From: a virus
DNA length: 64,000 nucleotides
Direction: 5' to 3' (one strand)
IMG/VR virus record: IMGVR_UViG_3300032298_000424
Location: 5,202 to 69,201 of that record
Both the position numbers and the translations under genes were made by a program. This document shows, piece by piece, positions 29,624 to 39,851 of the stretch. Each line of letters starts with the position of its first letter. Within the stretch, counting starts at the first letter, position 1. Below the pieces are notes generated by a model. It was not told the DNA's origin, searched no databases, and saw only the letters and a list, made by a program, of their open reading frames with translations.

Positions 29624-29851
29624 ATGTCTACCGCGTTAAGATCAAAGATTAAACTTGACACACCAGTTACAGTACGTACTTTTGCCTTAGGTATTACGTC
29701 ACTTAACTTATTAGACTTAAATGATGTTGATGCTACCGAACTAGAAGACGGTGCAATGATGATATATGATGCTGATACTGCAAAATTCAAATTAACAGCT
29801 ACGGTTGATCACCCAAGATCAAAGGTTAAAATCATCGGAGGAAAGTACTAA
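29624..29851 (+). CDS. Small structural protein
   Basis: L.DLNDVD...EDG....YD....KF fibre-type repeat; C-terminal I.GG.Y. Confidence 0.6.
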   Translation: MSTALRSKIKLDTPVTVRTFALGITSLNLLDLNDVDATELEDGAMMIYDADTAKFKLTATVDHPRSKVKIIGGKY

Positions 29852-29854
29852 GCC

Positions 29855-31240
29855 ATGGCAACCATTATTAAAATCAAAAACTCAGGTATAAGTGGAGCAC
29901 CCAGCACACTTGCGACCGGCGAGTTAGCATATTCATACTTACAGCAATTACCAATTGAAGGTGTCGTAAGTACTAACGGAGGTGATCGCCTCTACATCGG
30001 TACAGGCACAGAAACTGCAGGTGAAGCGAATGATATCGTACACATTGGTGGTAAGTACTTTATGGACATGTTGGACCATGAAAATGGTGTCTTAAGTCCA
30101 AACTCTGCCATAATTACTGATTCAGACAGTAAAGTCAATCAATTAAATATTGATAACCTTCGATTAGATGGTAATACTTTATCTGTTACACAAACAAACG
30201 GTAATTTAAATCTTGAAGCTAATGGTACTGGTACAATTAGTTTTAATTCTGATGTAGACTTAACTAATATTAACGTTGATACTATATCATCTTCAAGAAC
30301 TGATGGTAAGATCTTTATCGAACCATCTGGCACAGGTTATTTACAAATAACTAGTACAAATGCTGTACGTGTTCCAGTTGGTAATACTGCATCCCGTGAT
30401 GCATCACCTCTTGCAGGTATGTTCCGCTTCAACACAACGACGAACGTGTTTGAAGGTTACGACGGTATTGCATGGAATGCTATTGGTTCTCGTTTACAAG
30501 ATATTGATGGTAACACATATGTTTCTCCAGAAAATTCTCCTGGCGCAAATAACAATCAATTACGTATGTTTACGGATGGTCTTGAAAGATTAAGAGTAGA
30601 CAACGATGGTGCATCAAAATTCTCAGCTGACTTAACAGCAGCAACGCCAATTGGTACAAAGATTTTAAACAATAAGATCTCTACATTCGGCGCCGATATC
30701 CTTTACATAGATCCATCAACTGGTGGTTCAAATACTGGTTCTGTTGTTATTGAAGGTAATTTGACAATTAAAGGTACTACAACAACCGTCAATTCTGCAT
30801 CAGTTCAATCAAATAATCCAACTTTGATTTTAGGTATGCAATCTGATTCTGAAGGTACAGAAACTGCACTTACTGCGCCAGATGGTTTAGATAAAGGTAT
30901 GGAATTTAGATGGCACAATGGAACAGCTGCTAAATCAGGTTTCTTCGGTTATGACACTTCTGCAAATAGATTTACATTTATTGAAGATGCAACTAACACT
31001 AGCGATACTTTTTCTGGTACAGCATCAGATGTACGTTTTGGTAATGCATTACTAACAGAATTATCTTTCTCAACATTTACCAATAACTCAATCCCTTGGG
31101 TTGACGTAGATGGTGACACAGGTTTTATCACCGGTGACGGTACAAGTGTTTACAACGGCGGTGATACAACTGGTCAAGTATTACAGATGAATGCATCTGG
31201 TTTACCAGTATTCTCACACATTGATTGTGGCACATATTAA
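29855..31240 (+). CDS. Tail fibre-like structural protein
   Basis: IKIK.S...P..L..GELAY N-terminus, VPVG.TA.R..GMFRFN..FEGY, EGNLTIKGTTTTVNS, C-terminal IDCGTY. Confidence 0.75.
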   Translation: MATIIKIKNSGISGAPSTLATGELAYSYLQQLPIEGVVSTNGGDRLYIGTGTETAGEANDIVHIGGKYFMDMLDHENGVLSPNSAIITDSDSKVNQLNIDNLRLDGNTLSVTQTNGNLNLEANGTGTISFNSDVDLTNINVDTISSSRTDGKIFIEPSGTGYLQITSTNAVRVPVGNTASRDASPLAGMFRFNTTTNVFEGYDGIAWNAIGSRLQDIDGNTYVSPENSPGANNNQLRMFTDGLERLRVDNDGASKFSADLTAATPIGTKILNNKISTFGADILYIDPSTGGSNTGSVVIEGNLTIKGTTTTVNSASVQSNNPTLILGMQSDSEGTETALTAPDGLDKGMEFRWHNGTAAKSGFFGYDTSANRFTFIEDATNTSDTFSGTASDVRFGNALLTELSFSTFTNNSIPWVDVDGDTGFITGDGTSVYNGGDTTGQVLQMNASGLPVFSHIDCGTY

Positions 31241-31260
31241 TTAAATTATAAGGATATATT

Positions 31261-31440
31261 ATGGCTATTGAAGCGAGTCAAGAATTTGTGAATAAGTTTG
31301 TAGAGCGTCAACAAAGAGCAATTGCAGATCTGATGAATAAAGTTATTTTATTGGAAACGCAATTAGCAGTTGCTCAAGATCGTTTAGCAATTTTAGAAGC
31401 AGACAAAAAAGAAGATACAACAGAAGAAGTTAAAGAATAA
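31261..31440 (+). CDS. Small coiled-coil protein (59 aa; below the track cutoff)
   Basis: MAIEASQEFVNKFVERQQRAIADLMNKVILLETQL...; AAGGA RBS; TAA overlaps next ATG. Confidence 0.7.
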   Translation: MAIEASQEFVNKFVERQQRAIADLMNKVILLETQLAVAQDRLAILEADKKEDTTEEVKE

Positions 31441-31949
31441 TGGCAAACGGTACAATAGTTCAACTTCGCAGAAGCGATACACAAGATTCTGTGCCAGATG
31501 GTACAGCCTTGTATGAAGGCGAAGTTGCGATTAATACTACCAATAGAAAGCTTTACACTCGTGTTGTTCCAGGTTTAGATCTAGTTGAAGGTATACCATT
31601 TGGCGTATTGGAAGCAAACATTAAAAATTGGAATCATGCAACTGAAACTACTGTTACGCTAGATTCTTTTGATATTACATTACATAAGACAGCAAAATAT
31701 TTCATTGAAATAGGTAGTAGCGGTGGAACAGCAACTGGTTATTATCAAGCGATGGAAGTTATTGTTATTCATAACCAGGTTGATGCTTTTATAACACGAT
31801 ATGGCGTAATAGAGACCAATGGCGAAATAGCAACTGTTACTGCTGATATTGTTAGTGGACAATTAAGATTAAGAATTACAAGTACTCCATTAGCTTCTAA
31901 TACAAACTATGTAGCTAATTTTGTTCGTATCATGCAGCAAGTATGGTAA
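31440..31949 (+). CDS. Virion structural protein (fibre-attachment-like N-terminus)
   Basis: IVQLRRS...P...EGEVAIN..KLY and LDSF...AKY.I...E..V.H...YG domain. Confidence 0.65.
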   Translation: MANGTIVQLRRSDTQDSVPDGTALYEGEVAINTTNRKLYTRVVPGLDLVEGIPFGVLEANIKNWNHATETTVTLDSFDITLHKTAKYFIEIGSSGGTATGYYQAMEVIVIHNQVDAFITRYGVIETNGEIATVTADIVSGQLRLRITSTPLASNTNYVANFVRIMQQVW

Positions 31950-31968
31950 GTTTCGTATCATGCAGCAA
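31924..31968 (+). repeat. 17-bp perfect direct repeat TTCGTATCATGCAGCAA, 11-bp spacer
   Basis: Copies at 31924-31940 and 31952-31968. Confidence 0.9.
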
Positions 31969-31969
31969 T

Positions 31970-31977
31970 TATAAATA
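31970..31977 (+). promoter_or_regulatory. T4-type late promoter TATAAATA
   Basis: Exact match just before the ATG at 31985. Confidence 0.75.
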
Positions 31978-31984
31978 GACTAAT

Positions 31985-32248
31985 ATGACAACAACTAGTA
32001 AACCATTTTTAGTAAAAGACGATTTCATAATTGATAATGCTTCAGGCAGATCATTTGTGATTCCTCATGGAACTGGTTTTGAAAGACCTGCTGCCCCTAT
32101 AAAGGGAACTATGCGTTATAGCGATGACTCAGAGACATGTGAAATATACAATGGCGATGAGTGGCAAAACGTTGCACAAGTTGGTGAATCAGTAACGCAA
32201 TCTGGTGCAGAAGAAATCGCACTAGTTCAATCTATTATTTTTGGATAA
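31985..32248 (+). CDS. Small structural protein
   Basis: IPHGT..ERP....GTMRY....EIYNG.EW fibre module; C-terminal SIIFG. Confidence 0.65.
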   Translation: MTTTSKPFLVKDDFIIDNASGRSFVIPHGTGFERPAAPIKGTMRYSDDSETCEIYNGDEWQNVAQVGESVTQSGAEEIALVQSIIFG

Positions 32249-32251
32249 GAT

Positions 32252-32593
32252 ATGGCATCAGTTAGTAATATTACAAATAAAGTAATAAAAAATTTAGGTA
32301 AAACTGAACAGACACTTGTAACTACGACTAGTGCACAAAAAGCTGCATGCGTAGGATTAAGTCTTGCAAATATTACTAATACAGTTGTTAAAGCTTCAAT
32401 ATTCGTAACAGATGCTAGTTCTATTAAAGGCTATTATATAAAAGATTTAGAAATAGCTCCGCAAAGTAGCGCTAGAATTATTAACGGTGGAGAAAAATTG
32501 CTTTTAGCTCCAACTAACTCTGTAAGTATAGTATGTGATACAACCGATGGACTAGATGCTATATTTAGTTTAGTTGTTATAACATACTCATAA
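32252..32593 (+). CDS. Small beta-sandwich structural protein
   Basis: GLSLAN, IKD..I....S....GEKL.L pattern common in T4-like aquatic phages. Confidence 0.6.
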   Translation: MASVSNITNKVIKNLGKTEQTLVTTTSAQKAACVGLSLANITNTVVKASIFVTDASSIKGYYIKDLEIAPQSSARIINGGEKLLLAPTNSVSIVCDTTDGLDAIFSLVVITYS

Positions 32594-32601
32594 AGGTTAA
32601 T

Positions 32602-33387
32602 ATGACTACTCCATATATCTTAGGTAAATCTGTAGCGGAATTTAATGAACCGTCAACTACTTTTTTATATGCGCTTAGACGTACTGAAGACGGTGATTTG
32701 TATCTATTAAAAGTTAATGAAAATGACAAATCAAATGTGAATTTATTTGGTGAAACTATCCCATCTCAATTTGCTGACTACGCATTGGGTGATGATTTTT
32801 TTGAAGGTAGAGGCGAAGACCACGTATTAGATTATACAACTGCTGATGTTAAATATGAACAATGGAAATTTGTAAATAGCGAACAAACGTATTACATCGA
32901 TTCTGATGGTTATTTTACATTAGATACTTCTAATTTACAGTTGTCAGAAATAGAAGATATTCAAATTCCAGCTGGTCATCAACAATCATTTACAATATCG
33001 GGCGAAAATTATAATATAAACCTATTCGATAAGTTGATCGAAATGGGATGGAATGGATTATCTAGTGTTGCACTTACGATTAGTGGTAACATTGGTTCTA
33101 CGCATCCTAGAAAAGCAGCGTTAAGTATTGATAAGCTATTTAAGAATGGTTTAACTATCATAAATAATGGTAATATCGTAGGATGTAATGGTAATTTACA
33201 AAATGATCCGGTTGTCAATAGAAATTTTGGTATAGCTATAAGTATCGAAGTTCCTGTTACAGAATTTACAAACAATGGACTTATCAAGGCTGGCGTATTT
33301 AATTCACAGTATGCTAACGCATTCAGAGGATGGACTAACATCACTACTTGGGATAATAATGGCACTTGGATAGGCTATGACGATTAA
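32602..33387 (+). CDS. Structural protein with gp38-adhesin-like C-terminal half
   Basis: YALRRTEDGDLY, YEQW, YYIDSDGY N-domain; INL...V.LTI.G.I.S...AL...LTI.N.G.I.G C-domain. Confidence 0.5.
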   Translation: MTTPYILGKSVAEFNEPSTTFLYALRRTEDGDLYLLKVNENDKSNVNLFGETIPSQFADYALGDDFFEGRGEDHVLDYTTADVKYEQWKFVNSEQTYYIDSDGYFTLDTSNLQLSEIEDIQIPAGHQQSFTISGENYNINLFDKLIEMGWNGLSSVALTISGNIGSTHPRKAALSIDKLFKNGLTIINNGNIVGCNGNLQNDPVVNRNFGIAISIEVPVTEFTNNGLIKAGVFNSQYANAFRGWTNITTWDNNGTWIGYDD

Positions 33388-33421
33388 TAAGCATTTAATT
33401 GCAATTCAAAGGAAATAACAA

Positions 33422-36400
33422 ATGGCAGAGTTTAAATTAGGTAGACTTAAATTTGTATGGAAAGGTGCATGGACAGCGTCTGCTACATATGTAAAAGATG
33501 ACATCGTAAGACACGGTGGAAAATCATATGTGTGTGTGCAAGGACACGTTGCTGGCGGTACCTTATATTCGGACGATGCCAAATGGCAATTGATGAATGA
33601 CGGTTTTTCATGGAAAAACGCATACACTGTAGCAACATATTATAAAGTAAATGATATCGTAGCATACGGTGGTTCAACATACATTTGTACAACAGCACAT
33701 ACAGCAGCTGGTGGCGGAATATTAAATCCAAGTTATTGGGATATATTCGCTAAAGGTGTTGAAGTAGAAGAATCTTGGGATTCAGCTGTTGATTACCAAA
33801 TTGGCGATGTTGTTTCATATGGCGGTTATACTTATTACGCATTAGAAGCAAATGATGACGTTGTACCTACTTCAGATGTTACTGTTTGGAGACCTTTCGT
33901 TGAAGGCCTAAATAATCGTGGAAATTGGGTTGCATCAGGTTCTGGTGTATTACCATATAGAACTGGTGACTTAGTGCGTTTTGGTGGTAACCAATATTTA
34001 AACATTGCAGACTCTACAACAGAAAATCCTTATGACACTGATCATTGGGAATTATTTAGTCAAGGTTTTGCTTGGCTAGGAAACTGGACTAGCGGCGTTG
34101 CTTACAAATTAAACGAAGCTGTTAAGTTTAGTGGATCAACATATATTTGTATTCAAGCACATACTGCTAGCGGATCAAATGATCCTGGTGCTGACACAGT
34201 TCACGCTTATTGGAATACATTAGCTGACGGTACTGCTTCAGCAGTTGTAACCACACGCGGTGATACAGTTTATCGTGATGCTAGCGGTGCTGCACGACTT
34301 CCAATAGGAACACTAGGAGCATCACACACAGATCATCAAGGTATTGCAAGGCAAGTACAACCTGTTTTAGTTGTTAATGCTGCTGGTAATGAACCAGAAT
34401 GGTCAGCTGCAGCGCACTTAGGTTGTGAAGCTATCCACGTAGATAATCACTTAGTAGTTGGTCCAGACACTGGTCAAGTTGGTTCTGTCTTTATCGGTGA
34501 AGATGCACAGACATACTTAGCTGATGATGGTCCATATTCAGGTTATGTTGGTCTAACAGATGTTAGATTATTAGCAGTTTGGGACGTTGACGCATTTGGT
34601 CAATTTGCATTAAAGAACATTAATGATGGTCCTTCTGCTTCTACAGACTTAATTCTTTACACTGATGACGGTGATAACGATTCTGGTTGGATCGACATGG
34701 GTATCACATCATCTGGCTTTGACATTACTTCTGGTTATGGTATCACTGACGTTCATGATGGTTACATCTTCATGTCAGCACCCGCTGGAAGTACAGGTCC
34801 AGGTAACTTAGTTATCGCCACAGGCGAAAATGGTACTGAGAAAGACATCGTATTCGTTACAGGTGGTTTTGATCCTACGACTAATACAGATGCTGAAAAG
34901 ATGCGTATCATTGGCGAAGGTCGTAATGGTGCAGTATTTGTGGGTACAATCGCTGATAACTTATTAACTGTCGCTTCTGTAACTAGTGGCGGTCCTATCG
35001 TTTTTGATGGAACTAAATCAATCGTTGGTACCGGAGTAGTTAACGGAACAACTATCACATCACAATTAAGTGGCACAGCTGGTGGTGCTGGAACATATAC
35101 AGTTGATCAAAGACAAACAGTCGCTGCTGGAACCACTATCACTCAACAAAAAGATCCAGCTGGTGTTGAAATTTACATCAATACAAGCTCTTACAACCCA
35201 TACACCGGAGCCTTAAGAGTACAGGGCGGTGTGGGTATAGAAGGTAGCCTAAACTTAGACGGCGAGATCCAAGCTTATGGTGGTGCTATCTATCAAGGCC
35301 GTGATGGTGAAATCACTGCTAAACAACTTACACAAGATGACACAGTTTATTCTGGTTATGTTGGTCTAACAGACGCATCTGCAGTATTCACAGGTCATGC
35401 TGATTCATTCGTACAAGTTGCGTTGAAGAACTTCAATAGCGGAACTGGTGCTTCAACAGACATGATCGTATATGCATCTAACGGAGATAATGACTCTGGC
35501 TGGATGGATATGGGTATCACATCTGAAAACTATAATGACCCAACATTTACTGTTACTGGTCCATCAACTGGTTACATATTCATGTCAGCTCCAGCTGGAT
35601 CATCAGCTACTGGTAATATGTTGATCGGTACTGATGAAACAGGTACAGAAAACGACATCGTATTCTTCACAGATGGCTTCGATGCCGGTAACGAAAAACT
35701 ACGTATTGTAGGTGCTTCACGCGCAGGTAAAGCTGCTGGCGTTGAGATCTACGCTGATACAGAATCTACTTCAACTACTACAGGTGCTTTACGTGTTGAC
35801 GGCGGTGTTGGTATCGTCGGTAACTTAAACGTTGGTGGTAACGTAGCTATTACTGGTACAATTGCAATTGGTGGTGCTGGTTCTTCTTTAGAAACAACAA
35901 CTCTTGCAGTTTCTGACCCAATGATTCGTATGGGTTCTGGTAACCCAAGTGACTTGATCGACTTGGGTTTCTATGGTACATTTAGTACAATCTCTACGGA
36001 ACTTAATGGTGGAATCAATGCTTCTGTTACAACAATTACCGTAGATGATACTACTGCATTTGCATCTACAGGTAAGATAGCTATTGGCACAGAAGAGATG
36101 ACTTATACTGGTAAGACAGCTACAACGTTTACTGGTGTTACTCGTGGTGCTAACGGTACTACAGCAGCTTCACACTTAGACAACGATAAAGTTTACGTAG
36201 CTCTATTTGCTGGTCTAGTACGCGATGCTTCAGACGGTGCATTCAAGTTATTCACTAGCCTAGATTCTCTAGCTCCTACTGCAACAGTTGACTTTGGTGA
36301 TGCTCAACTAACATATGCTCCTCTAACTACTGGTAACCTAACAGCAGGTTCTGGTACATTCTCAGGAGATATAGCTGCAAACGGTGGAGATATTACTACT

Positions 36401-36901
36401 AGCGCAACTGGTACAGCAACAGTATTCAATACTAACGCTACTACGTTGAATATCGGTGGCGCAGCTACTACTGTTAGCATCGGTGCAGCAACTGGTACTA
36501 CGACGATCAACAATAACTTGCAAGTTGGCGGTATCACTAACGTCGAGTCTATCGTCGAATTAATGGATTCTAAGACCGCTGCAACTGGTACAGTAACACA
36601 TGATTTCGCCGTTACTGATGTATTCTACCATTCTAGCATTAGTGCAAGCTTTACAGCTAATATTACGAACGTACCTACAACCGCTGGAAGAATTATGTCC
36701 GTTACATTAGTTCTAGCACAAGGTGGTACTGGATACTTACCTACAGCTGTACAGATCGATGGTGCATCACAAACTATTAAATGGGCGGGTAACACACAAC
36801 CTACACCTCAAGCAAACAAGACAGACGTTGTTGTATTCACATTGATTAGAACTGGCGCTGGTGCTTGGGTTGTTTTAGGTCAAATGTCTTCATACGGTTA
36901 A
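33422..36901 (+). CDS. Long tail fibre/adhesin with N-terminal CBM5/12-like repeats and an internal duplication
   Basis: MAEFKLGRLKFVWKG, five W...Y...D.V..GG..Y repeats, TTTGALRV.GGVGI motifs, duplicated GDNDSGW.DMGITS module. Confidence 0.8.
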   Translation: MAEFKLGRLKFVWKGAWTASATYVKDDIVRHGGKSYVCVQGHVAGGTLYSDDAKWQLMNDGFSWKNAYTVATYYKVNDIVAYGGSTYICTTAHTAAGGGILNPSYWDIFAKGVEVEESWDSAVDYQIGDVVSYGGYTYYALEANDDVVPTSDVTVWRPFVEGLNNRGNWVASGSGVLPYRTGDLVRFGGNQYLNIADSTTENPYDTDHWELFSQGFAWLGNWTSGVAYKLNEAVKFSGSTYICIQAHTASGSNDPGADTVHAYWNTLADGTASAVVTTRGDTVYRDASGAARLPIGTLGASHTDHQGIARQVQPVLVVNAAGNEPEWSAAAHLGCEAIHVDNHLVVGPDTGQVGSVFIGEDAQTYLADDGPYSGYVGLTDVRLLAVWDVDAFGQFALKNINDGPSASTDLILYTDDGDNDSGWIDMGITSSGFDITSGYGITDVHDGYIFMSAPAGSTGPGNLVIATGENGTEKDIVFVTGGFDPTTNTDAEKMRIIGEGRNGAVFVGTIADNLLTVASVTSGGPIVFDGTKSIVGTGVVNGTTITSQLSGTAGGAGTYTVDQRQTVAAGTTITQQKDPAGVEIYINTSSYNPYTGALRVQGGVGIEGSLNLDGEIQAYGGAIYQGRDGEITAKQLTQDDTVYSGYVGLTDASAVFTGHADSFVQVALKNFNSGTGASTDMIVYASNGDNDSGWMDMGITSENYNDPTFTVTGPSTGYIFMSAPAGSSATGNMLIGTDETGTENDIVFFTDGFDAGNEKLRIVGASRAGKAAGVEIYADTESTSTTTGALRVDGGVGIVGNLNVGGNVAITGTIAIGGAGSSLETTTLAVSDPMIRMGSGNPSDLIDLGFYGTFSTISTELNGGINASVTTITVDDTTAFASTGKIAIGTEEMTYTGKTATTFTGVTRGANGTTAASHLDNDKVYVALFAGLVRDASDGAFKLFTSLDSLAPTATVDFGDAQLTYAPLTTGNLTAGSGTFSGDIAANGGDITTSATGTATVFNTNATTLNIGGAATTVSIGAATGTTTINNNLQVGGITNVESIVELMDSKTAATGTVTHDFAVTDVFYHSSISASFTANITNVPTTAGRIMSVTLVLAQGGTGYLPTAVQIDGASQTIKWAGNTQPTPQANKTDVVVFTLIRTGAGAWVVLGQMSSYG

Positions 36902-36914
36902 TAAGGATTAAAGA

Positions 36915-38552
36915 ATGGCCTTTAGTGGAACCATTGGTGGGAGTAATACCAAAACTGGCCGTGGAGCATATCACCCAGGAGTAGGCCCAGTCGACATCAA
37001 TTATCCAGTCTCAGTGAGTACTGGAACTGAGTTGGCATCTCCAGTTAATGGATTGCAACTTAGAATTGATGCATCACAGAGTATTTGGACAACATATGAA
37101 AATTTACCAACACACTTAACGGGTGTTGGTAAAGTTACTTCTACTGTTATTAATGAAACTGATAGCGGCACATTTACTGTAACACAACCTTGTAGAGTTT
37201 GGTTACTTAGATCACCGGCATGGAATGCTGTAGATGTTTCCGCATATACTTTATATGCTAGTAATCAAACACTTGGTTTAGATGGAGCTAATACATCAGT
37301 TTATTATCGAGATGTTACTCCAGGTACATATCCATATGATAACAACTCTGCGATGTATATTTGGGCGTTCGATACTCCTGTTTCAGAAGTAAGCGGTACA
37401 TTAGGTACAACTGTAGTTAATGGCGCTGGCGATACTATTGCTAACACAAGTTCTACTCGTATTTCAGGTCAACGTGGTACATATGATCCATTTCATAATG
37501 GACCAGTAACATATTCTATTTCTTCTGGTTCGCTTCCACCAGGTTTCACGCTAAACTCTTCGACTGGTCAAATCACTGGTACATATACTGCATCAGGTAT
37601 TAATACTGACGGTCAAGTGTATTCGTTCACTGTTCGTGCTACTGATAATTCTCCAGGCGCAAAATCAACCTCAGACAGAAGTTATACAGTAACACTATCA
37701 GTACCATGGTTATATCGTCAAATCATCACAACATTGTATATGGTTGGTGGGTATAAAGATGCTTCTGCATGGTCTAATGGTAATAGATTCCCACGTTCAA
37801 CTGAAACATGTACTAACTTAGGTAATGGTTGTATTGACAACTACAACTACAAATCTGGTATGTGTAGTGATAATAATGGTTACGTATTTGGTGCTGGTGG
37901 TGGCCACGCAGTTGATTTAAACGCTACGTCAAAATTTAGTATAAGAACAGAAGTCAAGGCATCAAATCCAGGTGGACCTGGATATTCAGCATCAGATACT
38001 GCTACAGCGTTCGCACCAGATCGCAATAGATCATATACTACTGGTGACGGTGTAAGTAATATGTTTAGATTTACTGCATCAACTGAAGCATATGCTACAC
38101 TAGGTGGTGGACAAGGTGGTCATGCTTGTCAAGTTTCTGGTGAAAATAAAGGAATTTATTGGGGCGACGCTAATAGATCTATTAACTTTAGCACTGAAGC
38201 TCAAGCTACTATTAGTATGGCTGGTGGAGCACACGGTCAACAAAAAGGCTTGTCATCAAAACTTAATTTAGGTTATGGTGGCAACGAAGGTACATATAAC
38301 GCCGGATACAACCATCGTAAAATCAACATTACTAATGAGACATACGGCACAATCACAAAGATGTTAGGTAACTGCGGTGAAGAAAATTACGCGATGTCTC
38401 AAGATCGTGGCTACATTTTAGGTGAATATAACGGTGCACAAAACAATAACTGCGGTAGATTGATTTATGCAACTGACGCAGGAACTCAATTAAGTACATC
38501 AGTACAAGGCAATGGCGGAGCTTCATCTGGCCATTGTTTCTGGAGAGATTAA
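36915..38552 (+). CDS. Fibre-tip/receptor-binding-like protein, paralog A (Ig-like + Gly-rich repeat domain)
   Basis: TYSI.SGSLPPGF.LNSSTGQITG....Y.FTVRA (putative Ig), GYGGNEG, C-terminal GASSGHCFWRD. Confidence 0.7.
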   Translation: MAFSGTIGGSNTKTGRGAYHPGVGPVDINYPVSVSTGTELASPVNGLQLRIDASQSIWTTYENLPTHLTGVGKVTSTVINETDSGTFTVTQPCRVWLLRSPAWNAVDVSAYTLYASNQTLGLDGANTSVYYRDVTPGTYPYDNNSAMYIWAFDTPVSEVSGTLGTTVVNGAGDTIANTSSTRISGQRGTYDPFHNGPVTYSISSGSLPPGFTLNSSTGQITGTYTASGINTDGQVYSFTVRATDNSPGAKSTSDRSYTVTLSVPWLYRQIITTLYMVGGYKDASAWSNGNRFPRSTETCTNLGNGCIDNYNYKSGMCSDNNGYVFGAGGGHAVDLNATSKFSIRTEVKASNPGGPGYSASDTATAFAPDRNRSYTTGDGVSNMFRFTASTEAYATLGGGQGGHACQVSGENKGIYWGDANRSINFSTEAQATISMAGGAHGQQKGLSSKLNLGYGGNEGTYNAGYNHRKINITNETYGTITKMLGNCGEENYAMSQDRGYILGEYNGAQNNNCGRLIYATDAGTQLSTSVQGNGGASSGHCFWRD

Positions 38553-38555
38553 TAA

Positions 38556-39809
38556 ATGGCAGCATTTGGAACTAAAGGCGGAAATAATAGAAATAGCGGT
38601 AGGGGTGGGTTTCATCCTGGAGCTATCAATGATACTTCTTTATCTGCACCATCTGGTTCATTGGGTACTTCTACAGTAAACGGGACTGGCGATACTATTG
38701 CTAATACTGGTTCTACGGCCGTTTCAGGTCAACGGCAAGTATTTGATCCGTGGCACAACGGTATTACATACTCTATCGTTTCTGGTTCTTTACCTCCTGG
38801 TTTTTCTTTAAACTCATCGACTGGTCAAATTACTGGTGCATATTCTGCATCTGGTGTTAACACTGATGGGTTGGTGTATAACTTTACTGTTCGAGCCAGT
38901 GATAACTCACCCGGTGCAAAGACAACATCTGATCGTTCATATAGTGTAACTCTTTCAGTGCCTTGGTTATATCGCCAAATCATTACAACGTTGTATATGG
39001 CTGGTGGATACAAAGATTCCAATCTTTGGTCAAACGTAAACAGATTCCCAAGATCTACTGAGACATGTACAAACTTAGGTGACGGTAAAATTGATAATTA
39101 CCACTATAAGTCTGGAATGTGTGATGATAATCGTGGACACATTTGGAATGGAAACTCCACTACTACATTTAACATGAGAACAGAATCTAAGGTAAATGGA
39201 GTGGGTGCACCAGGACATAATACAAGTAATACAGGCACTGTATTTGCACCAGATCGTAACAGATCGTGGACTACTGGTGAAGGTATAAGTAATGTGTTTA
39301 GGTTTACGGCAAGTACGAATTCATTTGCTAACATCGGTGGTGGTACTGGTGGTCATGCGTGTGGAATATCCGGCGAAAATAAAGGTATTTGGTGGGCAGG
39401 TCAAGGCACCAACTACACTGCAAAAATAGATTTTTCTACAGAATCACAAGCAACAGGTATCGTTGCTGGTGGTGCACACGGTCAACAAAAAGGTATGTCT
39501 GCAAAGACAGGCTTTGGTTATGGCGGTAACGAAGGTACGTATGCTGGTGGTTATAACTATAGAAAAACTAATATTACCAATGAATCATATAGTACTGTTG
39601 CAAAGATGTGGGGTAATTGCGGTGAAGAAAACTACGGTATGTCGCAAGATCGTGGTTATATGATTGGCCAATATGATGATTCAGGCGGCGTAGGTCAAAA
39701 TAATAGATGCGGTAGACACATCTATGCTACAGATGCAGGTGCACAATTAGGCACTACTGTACAAGGACATGATGGAGCTTCCTCTGGACATTGTTTCTGG
39801 AGAGATTAA
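38556..39809 (+). CDS. Fibre-tip/receptor-binding-like protein, paralog B
   Basis: Near-collinear with paralog A but lacks the ~130-aa N-terminal insert; same C-terminus. Confidence 0.7.
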   Translation: MAAFGTKGGNNRNSGRGGFHPGAINDTSLSAPSGSLGTSTVNGTGDTIANTGSTAVSGQRQVFDPWHNGITYSIVSGSLPPGFSLNSSTGQITGAYSASGVNTDGLVYNFTVRASDNSPGAKTTSDRSYSVTLSVPWLYRQIITTLYMAGGYKDSNLWSNVNRFPRSTETCTNLGDGKIDNYHYKSGMCDDNRGHIWNGNSTTTFNMRTESKVNGVGAPGHNTSNTGTVFAPDRNRSWTTGEGISNVFRFTASTNSFANIGGGTGGHACGISGENKGIWWAGQGTNYTAKIDFSTESQATGIVAGGAHGQQKGMSAKTGFGYGGNEGTYAGGYNYRKTNITNESYSTVAKMWGNCGEENYGMSQDRGYMIGQYDDSGGVGQNNRCGRHIYATDAGAQLGTTVQGHDGASSGHCFWRD

Positions 39810-39815
39810 TAAATA
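39808..39815 (+). promoter_or_regulatory. Late-promoter-like AATAAATA upstream of island 2
   Basis: One mismatch to consensus at the paralog B stop; AT-rich context lowers specificity. Confidence 0.35.
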
Positions 39816-39851
39816 GTATTAGCTAAATAATTTTTTTGTTAAAGGTAAAAA

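Noticed and set aside
31924-31968. Mini CRISPR array
   Set aside because: Only two 17-bp units with an 11-bp spacer; too short and no cas genes
36915-39809. Diversity-generating retroelement template/variable repeat pair
   Set aside because: Both copies are full ORFs, differences are not adenine-specific by eye, and no reverse transcriptase is in the window
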